Shown here: positions 27,090 to 36,716 of the stretch, in pieces | Layout: each line of letters begins with the position of its first letter | Position numbering within the stretch: position 1 is the stretch's first letter | From: a bacterium | GTDB lineage: Bacteria > Electryoneota > RPQS01 > DYHQ01 | Assembly: GCA_030622545.1 (NCBI GenBank) | Contig: JAUXGA010000008.1 | Coordinates: 2,321 to 66,320 of the forward strand | Length of the DNA: 64,000 nt | Reading direction: 5' to 3' | Program-made: the position numbers and the translations under genes | The notes under the pieces: model-generated | Seen by the model: only the letters and a program-made list of their open reading frames with translations | Told to the model about the DNA's origin: nothing | The model's database searches: none

Positions 27090-29660
27090 TTAGAAGAAAT
27101 AATCTATCTGCACGCGGAAGCTGAGGGTGGTGGATTGGACGTTGTCGCCGCCGAAGAACTGGCCTTCAACGGGGTCGGGGTATTCGTTATTGCGGCGGGC
27201 TTGCACGAAGGTTTGAGGATAGCTGTTTTCGCCGGTCAGTTTTATCCGGAGGGTCAGATGGTCGGAGACGCGGTTCGTGACCGCCACCCACCAGCGCGAC
27301 GCTTTACCATCGAGAACGACGAAGTCCGTGTCCTCGAAATTCCAGAAGAAACCGTCATAGAAAAGCCACGCTGTCCGCAGCCGCAGATTCGGCGCGAAAT
27401 AATGATTGAACGCCACGCCTATCGCTTCCGAAGGTGACTCGGCTTGACCGTCGATGGGATCCAAACCCGTCGGGTCGGCTTCATCGAGCAAACGCGGGCG
27501 CGGAGCAAACCGGACATAGCCTGTAGCGTAGAGCAAATCGAGGCCGTCATAGCGCGAGAGCCGCAGACTTCCCACCAGCCGACTTTCGTAGCTCTGGAAC
27601 ATGGTCGGTGATTGCCAATTGAACGCGCTGCGTCCTTGCAGCTTTTGCCGAATACGAATCACCACCGGCCAAATCGGGCGATACGTAATCTTCGCCACCC
27701 AGCGGTAATAATCGGCGGCGTCCGCTTTACGCTGCCAGTTGTCGAGCTGCCCCACCAAAGTCAAAGGTCGCGAGACCTGATAACGCGTCTCGAAATAGAC
27801 GCCTTCTTCGGATTGCGGATAGGGCGAATTGCGTTCGAGTTGCGCGAAGACAGGCTCGCGCAGATAATATTCTTTTTCGTAGGTGGTGCCTTTATAGCGA
27901 TGGTAGTTGGAAAAACCGCGATGGTAGGGATTGTCGAAGTCCACATCATAATTGCGGTAAACGGCCAGAATGTGCAGACTGTTCCACTGCATCCACGCCA
28001 GCGCGACGAGCGCCTTGGGGTCATCGCCGAGCTTGGTGAAAGAACCGTCATCTTGAAGCTCTGCATATTCAACCTGCAGAGATGTATTCCCGAAAACCGT
28101 CCCCGCCTCAAATCCGTGAATCCGCCGCGCTCCCCGCGCCGCATTCCACAGCGGAGACGTTGCGGTCGAGCGATAGCCTCCAAGAATTTCGCTGTTCATT
28201 CGCGCATCGGCGATTTCATCTACTTCTTCCGGGTGAATCACCGGATGAATCTCGACGATGGTATCCGCTCCGGCGGCTGTCACAGCGGCGAATTGATACG
28301 ATTCACCGAAATCCGGTTTAATCGGTCTATCATAGAGAAATTCGGTAAAGGTCAGTCCCACATAACTGCCCGGCCATGGCCGATATTGAACATTCCCGCC
28401 GTAACCCATTTCCTTGACGGCGTTCAACATACTCTGATTGCCTTCAAAAGCGGGCACCTGAACGGTATCGCCGTTGGAAACTAATTGCGCAGTGGGATAG
28501 ATATCATAATCGAGGCGCGGCGCAAGAATAATCATGCGATTCATCGAGCCATCCGGATTCAAAATAGCGTCTTTCTTGCCATACGACCAGAAACCAACGC
28601 CGTGAAATTTACTCCAAGTAGCTTCGGCAGCTGCGCCAGTGAGAGAGAACTCATGCGTCCGCGACAAATCCGGCGCAATTCCCGTGATACGCTTATCAAA
28701 ACCGAAGCCGGAATAGCGCGGATTGAAGAAATCGCTGTTTTCCAGTGCAAGACCTTGTCCGAGGGAAATCTGATAGTTACCCACGTAAAAACGATCCAGA
28801 CGCGCGGGTCCGAGCTTCTGTTTTTCAACACCGGCGAACCACTTCATCTTTGGAATACGGAAATCGCCGGAGTTCAGGTAGAGCGTTTGTTCGCCGAGAC
28901 TGCGATGAAAAATCGCACCGCCTTTGTAGCGTTGGTCATAAACCAGACGAAGCTTATGCGAAATATCCGGAACCGGGTCAACCAGAGTTTCGGTGGGAAT
29001 CGCCAGCTCCTCATCAAAAAAGTAGGGTGTGTTATAGGAGCGGAAAGAATAGAAACCGTGCAGGCTTTTCTTCCGGTAAACATCTTCGTAGCCGACATAG
29101 TTACGCGCGTTCATGTAGCCCCAGCGCGACAATCCCGGCACGGCGGCGAGATCCCGCCTGCCGCGCAAATCCCCTGTATTCCGAATTTGATTGTAAATCG
29201 AAACGGCGTCCACCGGCGAGACATTCTGCAAATCCATCAGTTCATCGAGAGTTGCCTCGTTGATATTCATCGGTTCCGCGAGACGGTCTATCCATTCATC
29301 AATCAAACCGACGTTCGTTCCTTCTTCGGTTCCCAGGCGTTCGATGCGATAGTATGCTTGATCAACACGCTCCTGACGCTCATCGGCAACGCTGGGAGGG
29401 TTGACTCGAACGAGAGGCTTGATTCGAAGCAGTGTTTCCTGATTAATTTCCGGCAGCATACGCAATTCGTAGATGCTCTTCACCGGCCCTTCATAGGTCA
29501 ACAGCTCATAAATCGCCTGCGCCTGAGCATCCGTCAGCGGCAGCGATTTAATCTGCTCAAAACTGGCCTGATTCAGATCAAACGGCTCGGCAGCACTGAG
29601 CGTAAGCGTCAGAGCGAGAAAAACTGCGCAAACAAGACCAACTTTCAGAACACACCTCAT
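27090..29660 (-). CDS. Helix-hairpin-helix domain protein fused to a large predicted outer-membrane beta-barrel
   Basis: A signal peptide is present. Two ComEA-like HhH units occur ('FDLNQASFEQIKSLPLTDAQAQAIYE', 'MNINEATLDELMDLQNVSPVDAVSIYNQI'). About 650 aa of alternating beta-strand-like sequence end in '...FRVQIDYFF'. Confidence 0.6.
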   Translation of the reverse strand: MRCVLKVGLVCAVFLALTLTLSAAEPFDLNQASFEQIKSLPLTDAQAQAIYELLTYEGPVKSIYELRMLPEINQETLLRIKPLVRVNPPSVADERQERVDQAYYRIERLGTEEGTNVGLIDEWIDRLAEPMNINEATLDELMDLQNVSPVDAVSIYNQIRNTGDLRGRRDLAAVPGLSRWGYMNARNYVGYEDVYRKKSLHGFYSFRSYNTPYFFDEELAIPTETLVDPVPDISHKLRLVYDQRYKGGAIFHRSLGEQTLYLNSGDFRIPKMKWFAGVEKQKLGPARLDRFYVGNYQISLGQGLALENSDFFNPRYSGFGFDKRITGIAPDLSRTHEFSLTGAAAEATWSKFHGVGFWSYGKKDAILNPDGSMNRMIILAPRLDYDIYPTAQLVSNGDTVQVPAFEGNQSMLNAVKEMGYGGNVQYRPWPGSYVGLTFTEFLYDRPIKPDFGESYQFAAVTAAGADTIVEIHPVIHPEEVDEIADARMNSEILGGYRSTATSPLWNAARGARRIHGFEAGTVFGNTSLQVEYAELQDDGSFTKLGDDPKALVALAWMQWNSLHILAVYRNYDVDFDNPYHRGFSNYHRYKGTTYEKEYYLREPVFAQLERNSPYPQSEEGVYFETRYQVSRPLTLVGQLDNWQRKADAADYYRWVAKITYRPIWPVVIRIRQKLQGRSAFNWQSPTMFQSYESRLVGSLRLSRYDGLDLLYATGYVRFAPRPRLLDEADPTGLDPIDGQAESPSEAIGVAFNHYFAPNLRLRTAWLFYDGFFWNFEDTDFVVLDGKASRWWVAVTNRVSDHLTLRIKLTGENSYPQTFVQARRNNEYPDPVEGQFFGGDNVQSTTLSFRVQIDYFF

Positions 29661-30607
29661 TTTCCGGTCCAGACCTCCGAAAGCGATTGCTTGATATTAA
29701 ATCCCAGCCCGATTTGATGAGTCGGCGAAAGAATCGGATGATAGACAAACGCATAGTCAAGCACGAGTTCGCGCCAGCGGACTCCGAAACCGGCTGTGAA
29801 AGCATTCGGATTCGTAAAGACGCCGAAGCGCAAATCGAGCGGCGGAATCACATTGGCATTGATGCCGCCCTTGAACTGCGTTTCGCCTCCCAGAGTACGT
29901 TCGATGTCGAAGGATGTCTGCACGCCATAATAGGGATTATAAACGAGACCTCCCGAGAAAATTTGCGGCAGGTCGCGTTTCCATTCCGAACCGAGCTGAG
30001 GATGATTGATATTGCGAACCGTGCCTCCGAGTTTCAGTCTATCCCAAACTTGTGCTGTTGCGCCTAAATCGAGACCAAACGTCGCGGCGCTTCCCAAATC
30101 CACTTCACCGGAATTGCCCGCGACAGATGTTCCCAGCGACCATGTAATAAGCTTCAGGCTGTAGCCGATGGCGAGGCTGGTGTGGATGTCTTCCTGAAGC
30201 AGCAGCCCGTGCGACAACGCCAGCTCTCCCTCAGTCGAAAGTGATGTGCCGCCGGAGCGTGTGCCAAGCGTCTGATAAGAAATCGCGATACTGCCCGCTT
30301 TTCGAGGAAGTTCACTTGTCACCGCGCCTGAAAGATGCGTCAGAAACGCCATGCCCCAGGGTTGATGATAGGTAAAACTGCCTATTGTTCCCTTTGTGTA
30401 CGCCAGCCCTGACGGATTCCAGAAGCAGGCCGCCGGACCTGTCGCAACAGCTGTGTATGCACCGCCGACAGCGGTAGCTTCCGGCACCGGTGGAATCGGA
30501 TTCGATATCATCTGCCCCATCACAGGCATGACAGAAAGGAAAATCCCTAAGAGAAATACAAGCGCTTTCAAGGAAGATACCTCGGTATCATGTAACTTCA
30601 TAACCAA
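29657..30607 (-). CDS. PorV/PorQ-like outer-membrane beta-barrel protein
   Basis: A signal peptide is present. 'GGAYTAVATGPAACFWNPSGLAY' is typical of this barrel family. The gene overlaps the next gene by 4 nt. Confidence 0.5.
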   Translation of the reverse strand: MVMKLHDTEVSSLKALVFLLGIFLSVMPVMGQMISNPIPPVPEATAVGGAYTAVATGPAACFWNPSGLAYTKGTIGSFTYHQPWGMAFLTHLSGAVTSELPRKAGSIAISYQTLGTRSGGTSLSTEGELALSHGLLLQEDIHTSLAIGYSLKLITWSLGTSVAGNSGEVDLGSAATFGLDLGATAQVWDRLKLGGTVRNINHPQLGSEWKRDLPQIFSGGLVYNPYYGVQTSFDIERTLGGETQFKGGINANVIPPLDLRFGVFTNPNAFTAGFGVRWRELVLDYAFVYHPILSPTHQIGLGFNIKQSLSEVWTGK

Positions 30608-30650
30608 TTTCTCTATTATAATGAGTCGTTTCCGCGGCGGGAAACGTCTC

Positions 30651-33557
30651 TTATTTCAGCCGCGTCCCTACGACAACCGGCTTCATTTCAGACGTTTTCT
30701 TGCCTTGATTTTCGGATTCAAGGTGAACGATATAGGTTCCCAGCGGCACCAATTCGCGCAACTCATTGCGGCCATCCCATGAAATAGTATATGGGCCTAC
30801 CGCCGTTTTGTTGACAAGTGTAGTCACAACCTGTCCGCGCAGGTTAAAAATCCTGAGCTTCACGTAAGCGCCCATCGGCGCGTTGTAAGAGATGTCGATT
30901 GTCTGCCCCATGTCCGGCGCGAAAGGTCGGGCTTCGACCTCGAGCATTGCTTTCGCCGACGGCTCTCCCCGCGGTTGAGCAGGGGTGATGTCCTCGGCAT
31001 AGCCTCCCAACATCTGGAAATCAGTGGCATAGAACGATGATGGCCCTGCCATTTTGCAGGTCACGCCCACGAGGTCACGCATCGCATAGGTCACACTATC
31101 GAGTGTGACATGTGTCAGTCCCATATCATCCCAAACACGAAGCGTCAAATTCCCCGAACCATCATCAATCATGATGTTCGTTCCGCCGCCGACATTCTCA
31201 TCCACGCGGTAAATCGTTCCCGTCACCTGACACCACGTTCCGGAACCCATAACACCGGAAACGGATGTCCGGATGATGCCAGACTGTATGTACCGGTTTC
31301 CGGTCTCGAATTCAATCGGCTCCGGCAGCGGCATATCTTCCGAAAGCAGCTTAATCGCACCTTCCGCTGTAAAGCCGCCCATTTGCAGTCCGCCGTCGTA
31401 CTCGGTGATGGGGCCTGTAATTTCAATCAGATTCCCGCGCTGTATAAACGGGAAGTCTCCGGCAGGGCCTGTTTCGGAGAGATTGAGCCCGCGCCCACTG
31501 GCATCCTGCATATACGCGGAGATACGCCGAGAGCCTCCCGTCGTCGTGACATCCTGTACAAAAGTAACGACACCTGCCACCGTCACGGTCGAATCCCGGA
31601 AGATTTCGAAGAAATTATAGAGACTATCCATCGTCGCATAAGCGCGCTCGGAATAACCCGTGAAATCGACAGACTGTACCGAGTCAATCGCATTATCGGA
31701 TACGTCACGAACTCCGACAACGGATATCGTATAGGTATAGCCGGTTTTCAGTGAATCCCAGGGTTCCAGTGCGACGATTTTCTGATTCGAGAAAAGGCGC
31801 GCGCTGCGCAAAGGTAACGGAACCTCGGGAGCCGTGAAATCCGTCAGCATATAGTTATCTGAATTCACTGCTGAAGCGCTGTCGAGGGCTTCGTTGAACT
31901 GAAGATTGAATTGAAGATAAGAAATCGCCGTCGCTTGCAGGAGATTGGGTGCGCGTTTATCAATAACGCCGATATCAAAATCGCCGCGCGGGTCAAGTTT
32001 ATGACCGGTCGCATCATGGTAGGTAACCATTCCCCGCATGAAATTCGCGCTGTCTCCGGCGACCGCCTCATAATCATAATCGAAATCATGATCTATAATG
32101 CAGGTTCCGCAAGCATCGCGGTACGTAAACTGGTTATACTGGTCTGGCCCACTGGCTACGACGCCTTCCCCGATTTCGACGAAGCAACCTTCATACATTT
32201 CACCGGAATCACCGAACGTCGTCGCGCAAATGAGCAGCGGCGGCAGCTCTTCTCCGCTTGAAAGCACGGTCAAGTCGCTGACGGCAGACAGCTCGGTGAG
32301 ACCAAAATATTCCTGAACGCGGGAGGTAAAGCGAACTCGGTCACCCAAATCCAGCGATGAACCGTTGCCATAGACATAAACGCCTCGCCACGGACCGGGC
32401 GTCGGATCCGAGACGAAAAAATTAGACCCATCAAAATTCAAAGCCGTCACGACGACCTCTTCGAGCGTCACTAATTCTCCGTCCAAGGGAGATGCATCTC
32501 CGGGACCCGGAGTGTATTGGATGTCAAAAACGCTCAGCGTCGTCGAACGGACGATGTAGTCGTAATAATCCTCCGGCGCATTCAGCGGATTGGTCGATGC
32601 GGCATCATCAACATCCGTTGCCTGAATATAATACTGCACCTCCGCAAACGCAGGGAAGACAGGAAGCAACGCGCCGTAGACACCATCTCCGGCGTACCCG
32701 TCTCCGTGCATGCCATCATCGAGCATGGGCGTACTTTGCCATTGTTCGTCACCCGACGTCTTGTAGAATAATTGCGCATCAGCCACATCGGTTTCATCGG
32801 AAATCCGAGCCGTTACGATGACGACTTGTTCAGCAGTGGGATTTTCCGGTGTCTGCTGGACATCACTGATAAGCGGCGGTTGATTCGCCCAGAAATCAAA
32901 ATCGAAACCTCCGCGCGGTTCGAGCTTATAGTTCCCCCCGGAATAAACCACCACACCCCGGATTGCGCGCAAGGAATCTCCGGCTGTCGGCACATAAGTA
33001 TAATCGAATCCGGAGCCGACCAGACACGGGCCTGAGCCATCGTCGATTTCCCAAGTCGTCCCGGTAGCCGTCACGGTGGCAGAGGATACTTCCACCAGCA
33101 CCCCTTCGAAAGGCTCACCGTCTTCGCCGCCCAGTATTCCGGTTGTGGTCGCGGAGGGAGGAATCTCGCGAACATCCTCGACTCGGACATAGCCCGTCGA
33201 GGTGATGTTCCTCATGCGCGTTTCGCCGCCGGACTCATAGACCTCGCCTTCGAAACGGACAGAGTCACCGATGTCGATTTCACGATCAGCGACGTCTCTG
33301 ATATAGAGGCCGCGCCACGGGCCGCCGGCGCCGTCACCGATGAAGTATTTTGTGATGCCTCCATAATCGACAGCCGTAACAATACCGCCGGTGATAACCC
33401 GCGTACCCGCATAGGGCGAATCGCCGGATGGATCATCGGTGTACTGGATGTCATAGAGGGAGACGGTTTGCTGCGCGAGCACGCTGCTCGCAGAAATCAG
33501 AAGGATAAAAAGGAGTGTTCGGAAGGTTGTCATGGTGAATTCTACGTTTTTTGACAT
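30651..33557 (-). CDS. Large surface protein with repeated OB-like 'DIQY' modules and a FlgD-Ig/T9SS-type C-terminal domain
   Basis: A signal peptide is present. Modules begin 'SLYDIQYTDDPSGDSPYAG...GPWRGLYI' and 'SVFDIQYTPGPGDASPLDG...GPWRGVYVY', as seen in the N-termini of ExeM/NucH-type extracellular nucleases. The C-terminus is 'VKLRIFNLRGQVVTTL...GTYIVHLES'. Confidence 0.6.
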   Translation of the reverse strand: MSKNVEFTMTTFRTLLFILLISASSVLAQQTVSLYDIQYTDDPSGDSPYAGTRVITGGIVTAVDYGGITKYFIGDGAGGPWRGLYIRDVADREIDIGDSVRFEGEVYESGGETRMRNITSTGYVRVEDVREIPPSATTTGILGGEDGEPFEGVLVEVSSATVTATGTTWEIDDGSGPCLVGSGFDYTYVPTAGDSLRAIRGVVVYSGGNYKLEPRGGFDFDFWANQPPLISDVQQTPENPTAEQVVIVTARISDETDVADAQLFYKTSGDEQWQSTPMLDDGMHGDGYAGDGVYGALLPVFPAFAEVQYYIQATDVDDAASTNPLNAPEDYYDYIVRSTTLSVFDIQYTPGPGDASPLDGELVTLEEVVVTALNFDGSNFFVSDPTPGPWRGVYVYGNGSSLDLGDRVRFTSRVQEYFGLTELSAVSDLTVLSSGEELPPLLICATTFGDSGEMYEGCFVEIGEGVVASGPDQYNQFTYRDACGTCIIDHDFDYDYEAVAGDSANFMRGMVTYHDATGHKLDPRGDFDIGVIDKRAPNLLQATAISYLQFNLQFNEALDSASAVNSDNYMLTDFTAPEVPLPLRSARLFSNQKIVALEPWDSLKTGYTYTISVVGVRDVSDNAIDSVQSVDFTGYSERAYATMDSLYNFFEIFRDSTVTVAGVVTFVQDVTTTGGSRRISAYMQDASGRGLNLSETGPAGDFPFIQRGNLIEITGPITEYDGGLQMGGFTAEGAIKLLSEDMPLPEPIEFETGNRYIQSGIIRTSVSGVMGSGTWCQVTGTIYRVDENVGGGTNIMIDDGSGNLTLRVWDDMGLTHVTLDSVTYAMRDLVGVTCKMAGPSSFYATDFQMLGGYAEDITPAQPRGEPSAKAMLEVEARPFAPDMGQTIDISYNAPMGAYVKLRIFNLRGQVVTTLVNKTAVGPYTISWDGRNELRELVPLGTYIVHLESENQGKKTSEMKPVVVGTRLK

Positions 33558-33682
33558 GACATATTATCACTAAGATAAACAAAAGGTTTGACAAAAACAA
33601 GTATATTTTTTATGCCCGACCTGTTGCCGCTCGAGAGTGGGGTCTCTTGCAATTGTGAGGCTTAAGTATTAGATTATGCTAA

Positions 33683-34234
33683 ATGCTAACACCGCTTGGA
33701 TTGACCGTTCTCGCCATCAGCCTTGGCTGCGACGCTTTCGCTGTAGCCGTCACAGTGGGTATGCAGGGGATAACGGCGCGGCGACTTTTTCGAATCGCAT
33801 GGCACACGGGTTTCTTTCAGTTCCTCATGCCGATTATCGGTTATGGTTTGGGAGCCGGTCTTGCGGAAGTCGTAGGGCGAATCTCGGAATTCGTAGGAGG
33901 AATCCTTCTTGGAATCATCGCCCTGCACATGCTCATCGAGGGAATCCGCAATTTTCGAGGCACCACTGCGCCAAAGCCGAAAGACCTTACGCGAGGCTGG
34001 CCTCTGATTGCGATTTCCTTCGCCACTTCCATCGATGCACTGATTGTCGGAATATGGCTGGGAATATCCGGCGGCGATTTGCTGCTTCCGTGTGTTGTTA
34101 TCGGTCTGACAGCAGGAGTCATGGCGACACTGGGTATGCTCTTGGGAAATATTCTGTCAAGCAAAATCGGCGTCATAGCAAACCTGCTCGGTGGTCTGGC
34201 TCTCTTAATTCTTGCAATTCGTATGTTCTTCTGA
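33683..34234 (+). CDS. mntP: Manganese efflux pump MntP family protein
   Basis: This is a 183-aa 6-TM protein with 'LAISLGCDAFAVAV' and a second-half repeat 'IAISFATSIDALIVG' (DUF204 x2). Confidence 0.8.
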   Translation: MLTPLGLTVLAISLGCDAFAVAVTVGMQGITARRLFRIAWHTGFFQFLMPIIGYGLGAGLAEVVGRISEFVGGILLGIIALHMLIEGIRNFRGTTAPKPKDLTRGWPLIAISFATSIDALIVGIWLGISGGDLLLPCVVIGLTAGVMATLGMLLGNILSSKIGVIANLLGGLALLILAIRMFF

Positions 34235-36449
34235 CCAAATGCAAAATACCTCTTGTTTCAAATATATCCGCCCGTTCTTGATTTCTAAAAGACTAAATAT
34301 CTCCGGAAAATTTCGGTTGCTCTTTCTGCTTATCTTCGTCCTCTGTGTTTATCCTGCCGTCGCGGGGACATTTACGGAAGATTCGCTGCAGATTGCCGCC
34401 TACTACGAAAAAGTGCAGTCCGGCGACAGCGCTGGCGCTCGCGATTGGCTCTTCGCCCTGAGCGAGAATCCGGACGATGAACTGGCTCGCAAGGCGAATT
34501 TCCTTCTGGCTAAAACCGCCTTTGACGCGGATGATTTCGACGGCGCTCTGGAAGCCATCGCTCTCGGCGTCCCGGAATTGCTGAACGATTGGGGAGCGTA
34601 TCTGAAAGCGTTGGCCTATCTTGAAGTGGGACGACCCGCCGACGCCGCGACGACTCTCGGGCGTCTGGCAGCGGACTCGACATCTTCCTTAGCCGAGGAA
34701 GGACTCTGGCGGCTTGCTGCGCTGGCTCTCGAAAAGGGCTATATTGATTCGACGATTCGCCTGACAAGCCGTTATCGCGTGTGGTATCCCGATGGGCCTT
34801 ATCATCAGGAAATCGAGCTGCTCAAAGCTTCCGCGCTGATCCTGCTGAAAGAATACGAAGCCACTATCGAATGTCTCTACCGCGCCGAACTTATGGGGCC
34901 TGCGACAAAAGCAGGCAAACAGGCGGAACTGAAACGCCTCTCGATGAAGCATCTTTATGGTTTTGAATCACGCGAACTCAGCGCGACCGAAATCGAGCGG
35001 CGACTCACAGCGCTCCAAGAAGCTCGCGCCTATAACACGGCAGCTCTGTGGATCGAGGAATTGTCCGCCGGATCTCGCGCATCCGAGCTTGAAGAGATAC
35101 TCCTTTATTATAAGGGAACACTGCTGGCTCGCCGGGGGAAACACGAACAAGCCCTTCCGATTTTTCAGGAACATCAGAGAAAATTCCCGCGCAGTCCTTA
35201 CCTTGATGATGTTCTCTATATGCTCGGACGTTCAGCGTATCTGCGCAACTTAGACAATCTGGCGATTGCGTGCTTGACAATGGTCATCCATCGCCAAAAG
35301 AATTTTCCGCGCGTACTTGACGCCCACAAGCTCTTGGGAGTTCTCCACACAGACGCAGGCGAGCTTAAAAAGGCGCGTTCGGCTTTCAAAAAACTCGTAA
35401 AACTCACCGAAGGACATCCCGCCCTCAGCGACGCTCTCTGGCGGCTCGGCTGGATATATTTCGACTTGTCGCAGTTTTCCAAAGCCGAGAAAACCTGGAA
35501 GCAGCTCTGGGAGCTGGGTGAGGATACCGACTACGCCGCCGCTGCGCTCTACTGGCGTGGCCGCTGCTATGAAAAAATGAAGAAACCCGCGCGCGCGCAG
35601 GAATACTTCGACCGAACGCGCACGCTCTTTCCGAATTCCTATTACAGCCTCTGGGTCGCTTCAAAAATGCCGGAAGACACTCTCGCAACTCTCGATTGGG
35701 GAGCGTCTCCTTTGATGACCTTCTCCTGTACAGCCGATTCCGTCAAGAGCTTACATTTTGAAAAATTCTGTCTTTTCGAGCATCTGCGTCTCCCAGAGTT
35801 GGCCTTGCGCGAATGGCCCGGCGTGAAGCGCGAACTCGGTGAAAGTCCGGGGCTGTGGTGGAAACGTGCGTCGCTTTTCGATGACGCCGGAGACGCGGCG
35901 CAGGCGTGGCTCGTTATCCGCAATCATCTCCGCCGTTATCTTTCCAAAGCGGATAAACGACTGCCGGACAGACTATGGCGTATTGCCTATCCGGTTGATT
36001 TCGACGATATTGTCAAACGCGAAGCCGAAGTTCGAAAGCTCGATCCGCACTTCGTACTTGGGCTTATTTGTCAGGAAAGCCGCTTCCGTGCAGACATTGC
36101 TTCCGGCGCTGGAGCTGTCGGTTTGATGCAGCTCATGCCGCCGACAGCGAAACGCCTAGCGAGGCAGATGAATATCCCGTACTCCCGAGCGAAACTCACC
36201 GACCCTGCATACAACGTCGCTCTTGGGACAGAATATCTCTCGAGGCTCTTCGAAGAATTTAATGGTGACTCGATTCTTGTGCTGGCCGCCTATAATGCCG
36301 GAGAAAGCGCGGCGCAAAGCTGGGATGCGGAATTCGGCGGCGACGCGGATGTTTTTGTCGAGCACATCCCTTATCGCGAGACGCGACTTTTCGTCAAATA
36401 TGTCCTGCAGCACATCGCCGCTTATCGGCGGTTATACCCTGAATTGTGA
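34212..36449 (+). CDS. slt: Soluble lytic murein transglycosylase (Slt70-like: TPR/superhelical domain plus SLT domain)
   Basis: The catalytic region 'GLICQESRFRADIASGAGAVGLMQLMPPTA...VLAAYNAGESA' is present. The start is uncertain (34212 or 34239). Confidence 0.8.
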   Translation: MQFVCSSDQMQNTSCFKYIRPFLISKRLNISGKFRLLFLLIFVLCVYPAVAGTFTEDSLQIAAYYEKVQSGDSAGARDWLFALSENPDDELARKANFLLAKTAFDADDFDGALEAIALGVPELLNDWGAYLKALAYLEVGRPADAATTLGRLAADSTSSLAEEGLWRLAALALEKGYIDSTIRLTSRYRVWYPDGPYHQEIELLKASALILLKEYEATIECLYRAELMGPATKAGKQAELKRLSMKHLYGFESRELSATEIERRLTALQEARAYNTAALWIEELSAGSRASELEEILLYYKGTLLARRGKHEQALPIFQEHQRKFPRSPYLDDVLYMLGRSAYLRNLDNLAIACLTMVIHRQKNFPRVLDAHKLLGVLHTDAGELKKARSAFKKLVKLTEGHPALSDALWRLGWIYFDLSQFSKAEKTWKQLWELGEDTDYAAAALYWRGRCYEKMKKPARAQEYFDRTRTLFPNSYYSLWVASKMPEDTLATLDWGASPLMTFSCTADSVKSLHFEKFCLFEHLRLPELALREWPGVKRELGESPGLWWKRASLFDDAGDAAQAWLVIRNHLRRYLSKADKRLPDRLWRIAYPVDFDDIVKREAEVRKLDPHFVLGLICQESRFRADIASGAGAVGLMQLMPPTAKRLARQMNIPYSRAKLTDPAYNVALGTEYLSRLFEEFNGDSILVLAAYNAGESAAQSWDAEFGGDADVFVEHIPYRETRLFVKYVLQHIAAYRRLYPEL

Positions 36450-36628
36450 TTTTTGGAAATGAACTCACCGAAAGCGCGAACTATTCCAGAAAACATCTTG
36501 ATATTATTGATGTAAGGTCGCTTGGGTTGTTTTTATCAGAAAATATCGTATCATTATCTTGAATATCTTGCCCAAAAGCCGCGGAAACCTATACCCAGAG
36601 CACTCGTTAAAAGGACGTTACATCTGCG

Positions 36629-36696
36629 GGCAGGCGGAGCCAGCCCGTAGGTGAGGATGAAATCGGATAAAAACCTAACGGCTGGCTCTGCCTGCC
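36629..36696 (+). promoter_or_regulatory. 17-bp-stem hairpin in the selD leader
   Basis: 'ggcaggcggagccagcc' (36629-36645) pairs with 'ggctggctctgcctgcc' (36680-36696) with one G-U pair and a 34-nt loop. It ends 20 nt before the selD ATG. Confidence 0.45.
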
Positions 36697-36716
36697 GTAC
36701 CTTCCAATTTGAAAAC

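Noticed and set aside
27612-29717. Two long plus-strand ORFs (290 aa and 410 aa) lie opposite the HhH-barrel gene.
   Set aside because: Their composition is Arg/His/Ile-rich and antisense-like. They have no start context and are fully shadowed by an 856-aa gene with a signal peptide and recognisable domains.
33558-33682. Possible yybP-ykoY (Mn) riboswitch upstream of mntP.
   Set aside because: I could not find the conserved GGGGAGUAG-type core or the expected four-way architecture. Only a covariance-model search could settle this.
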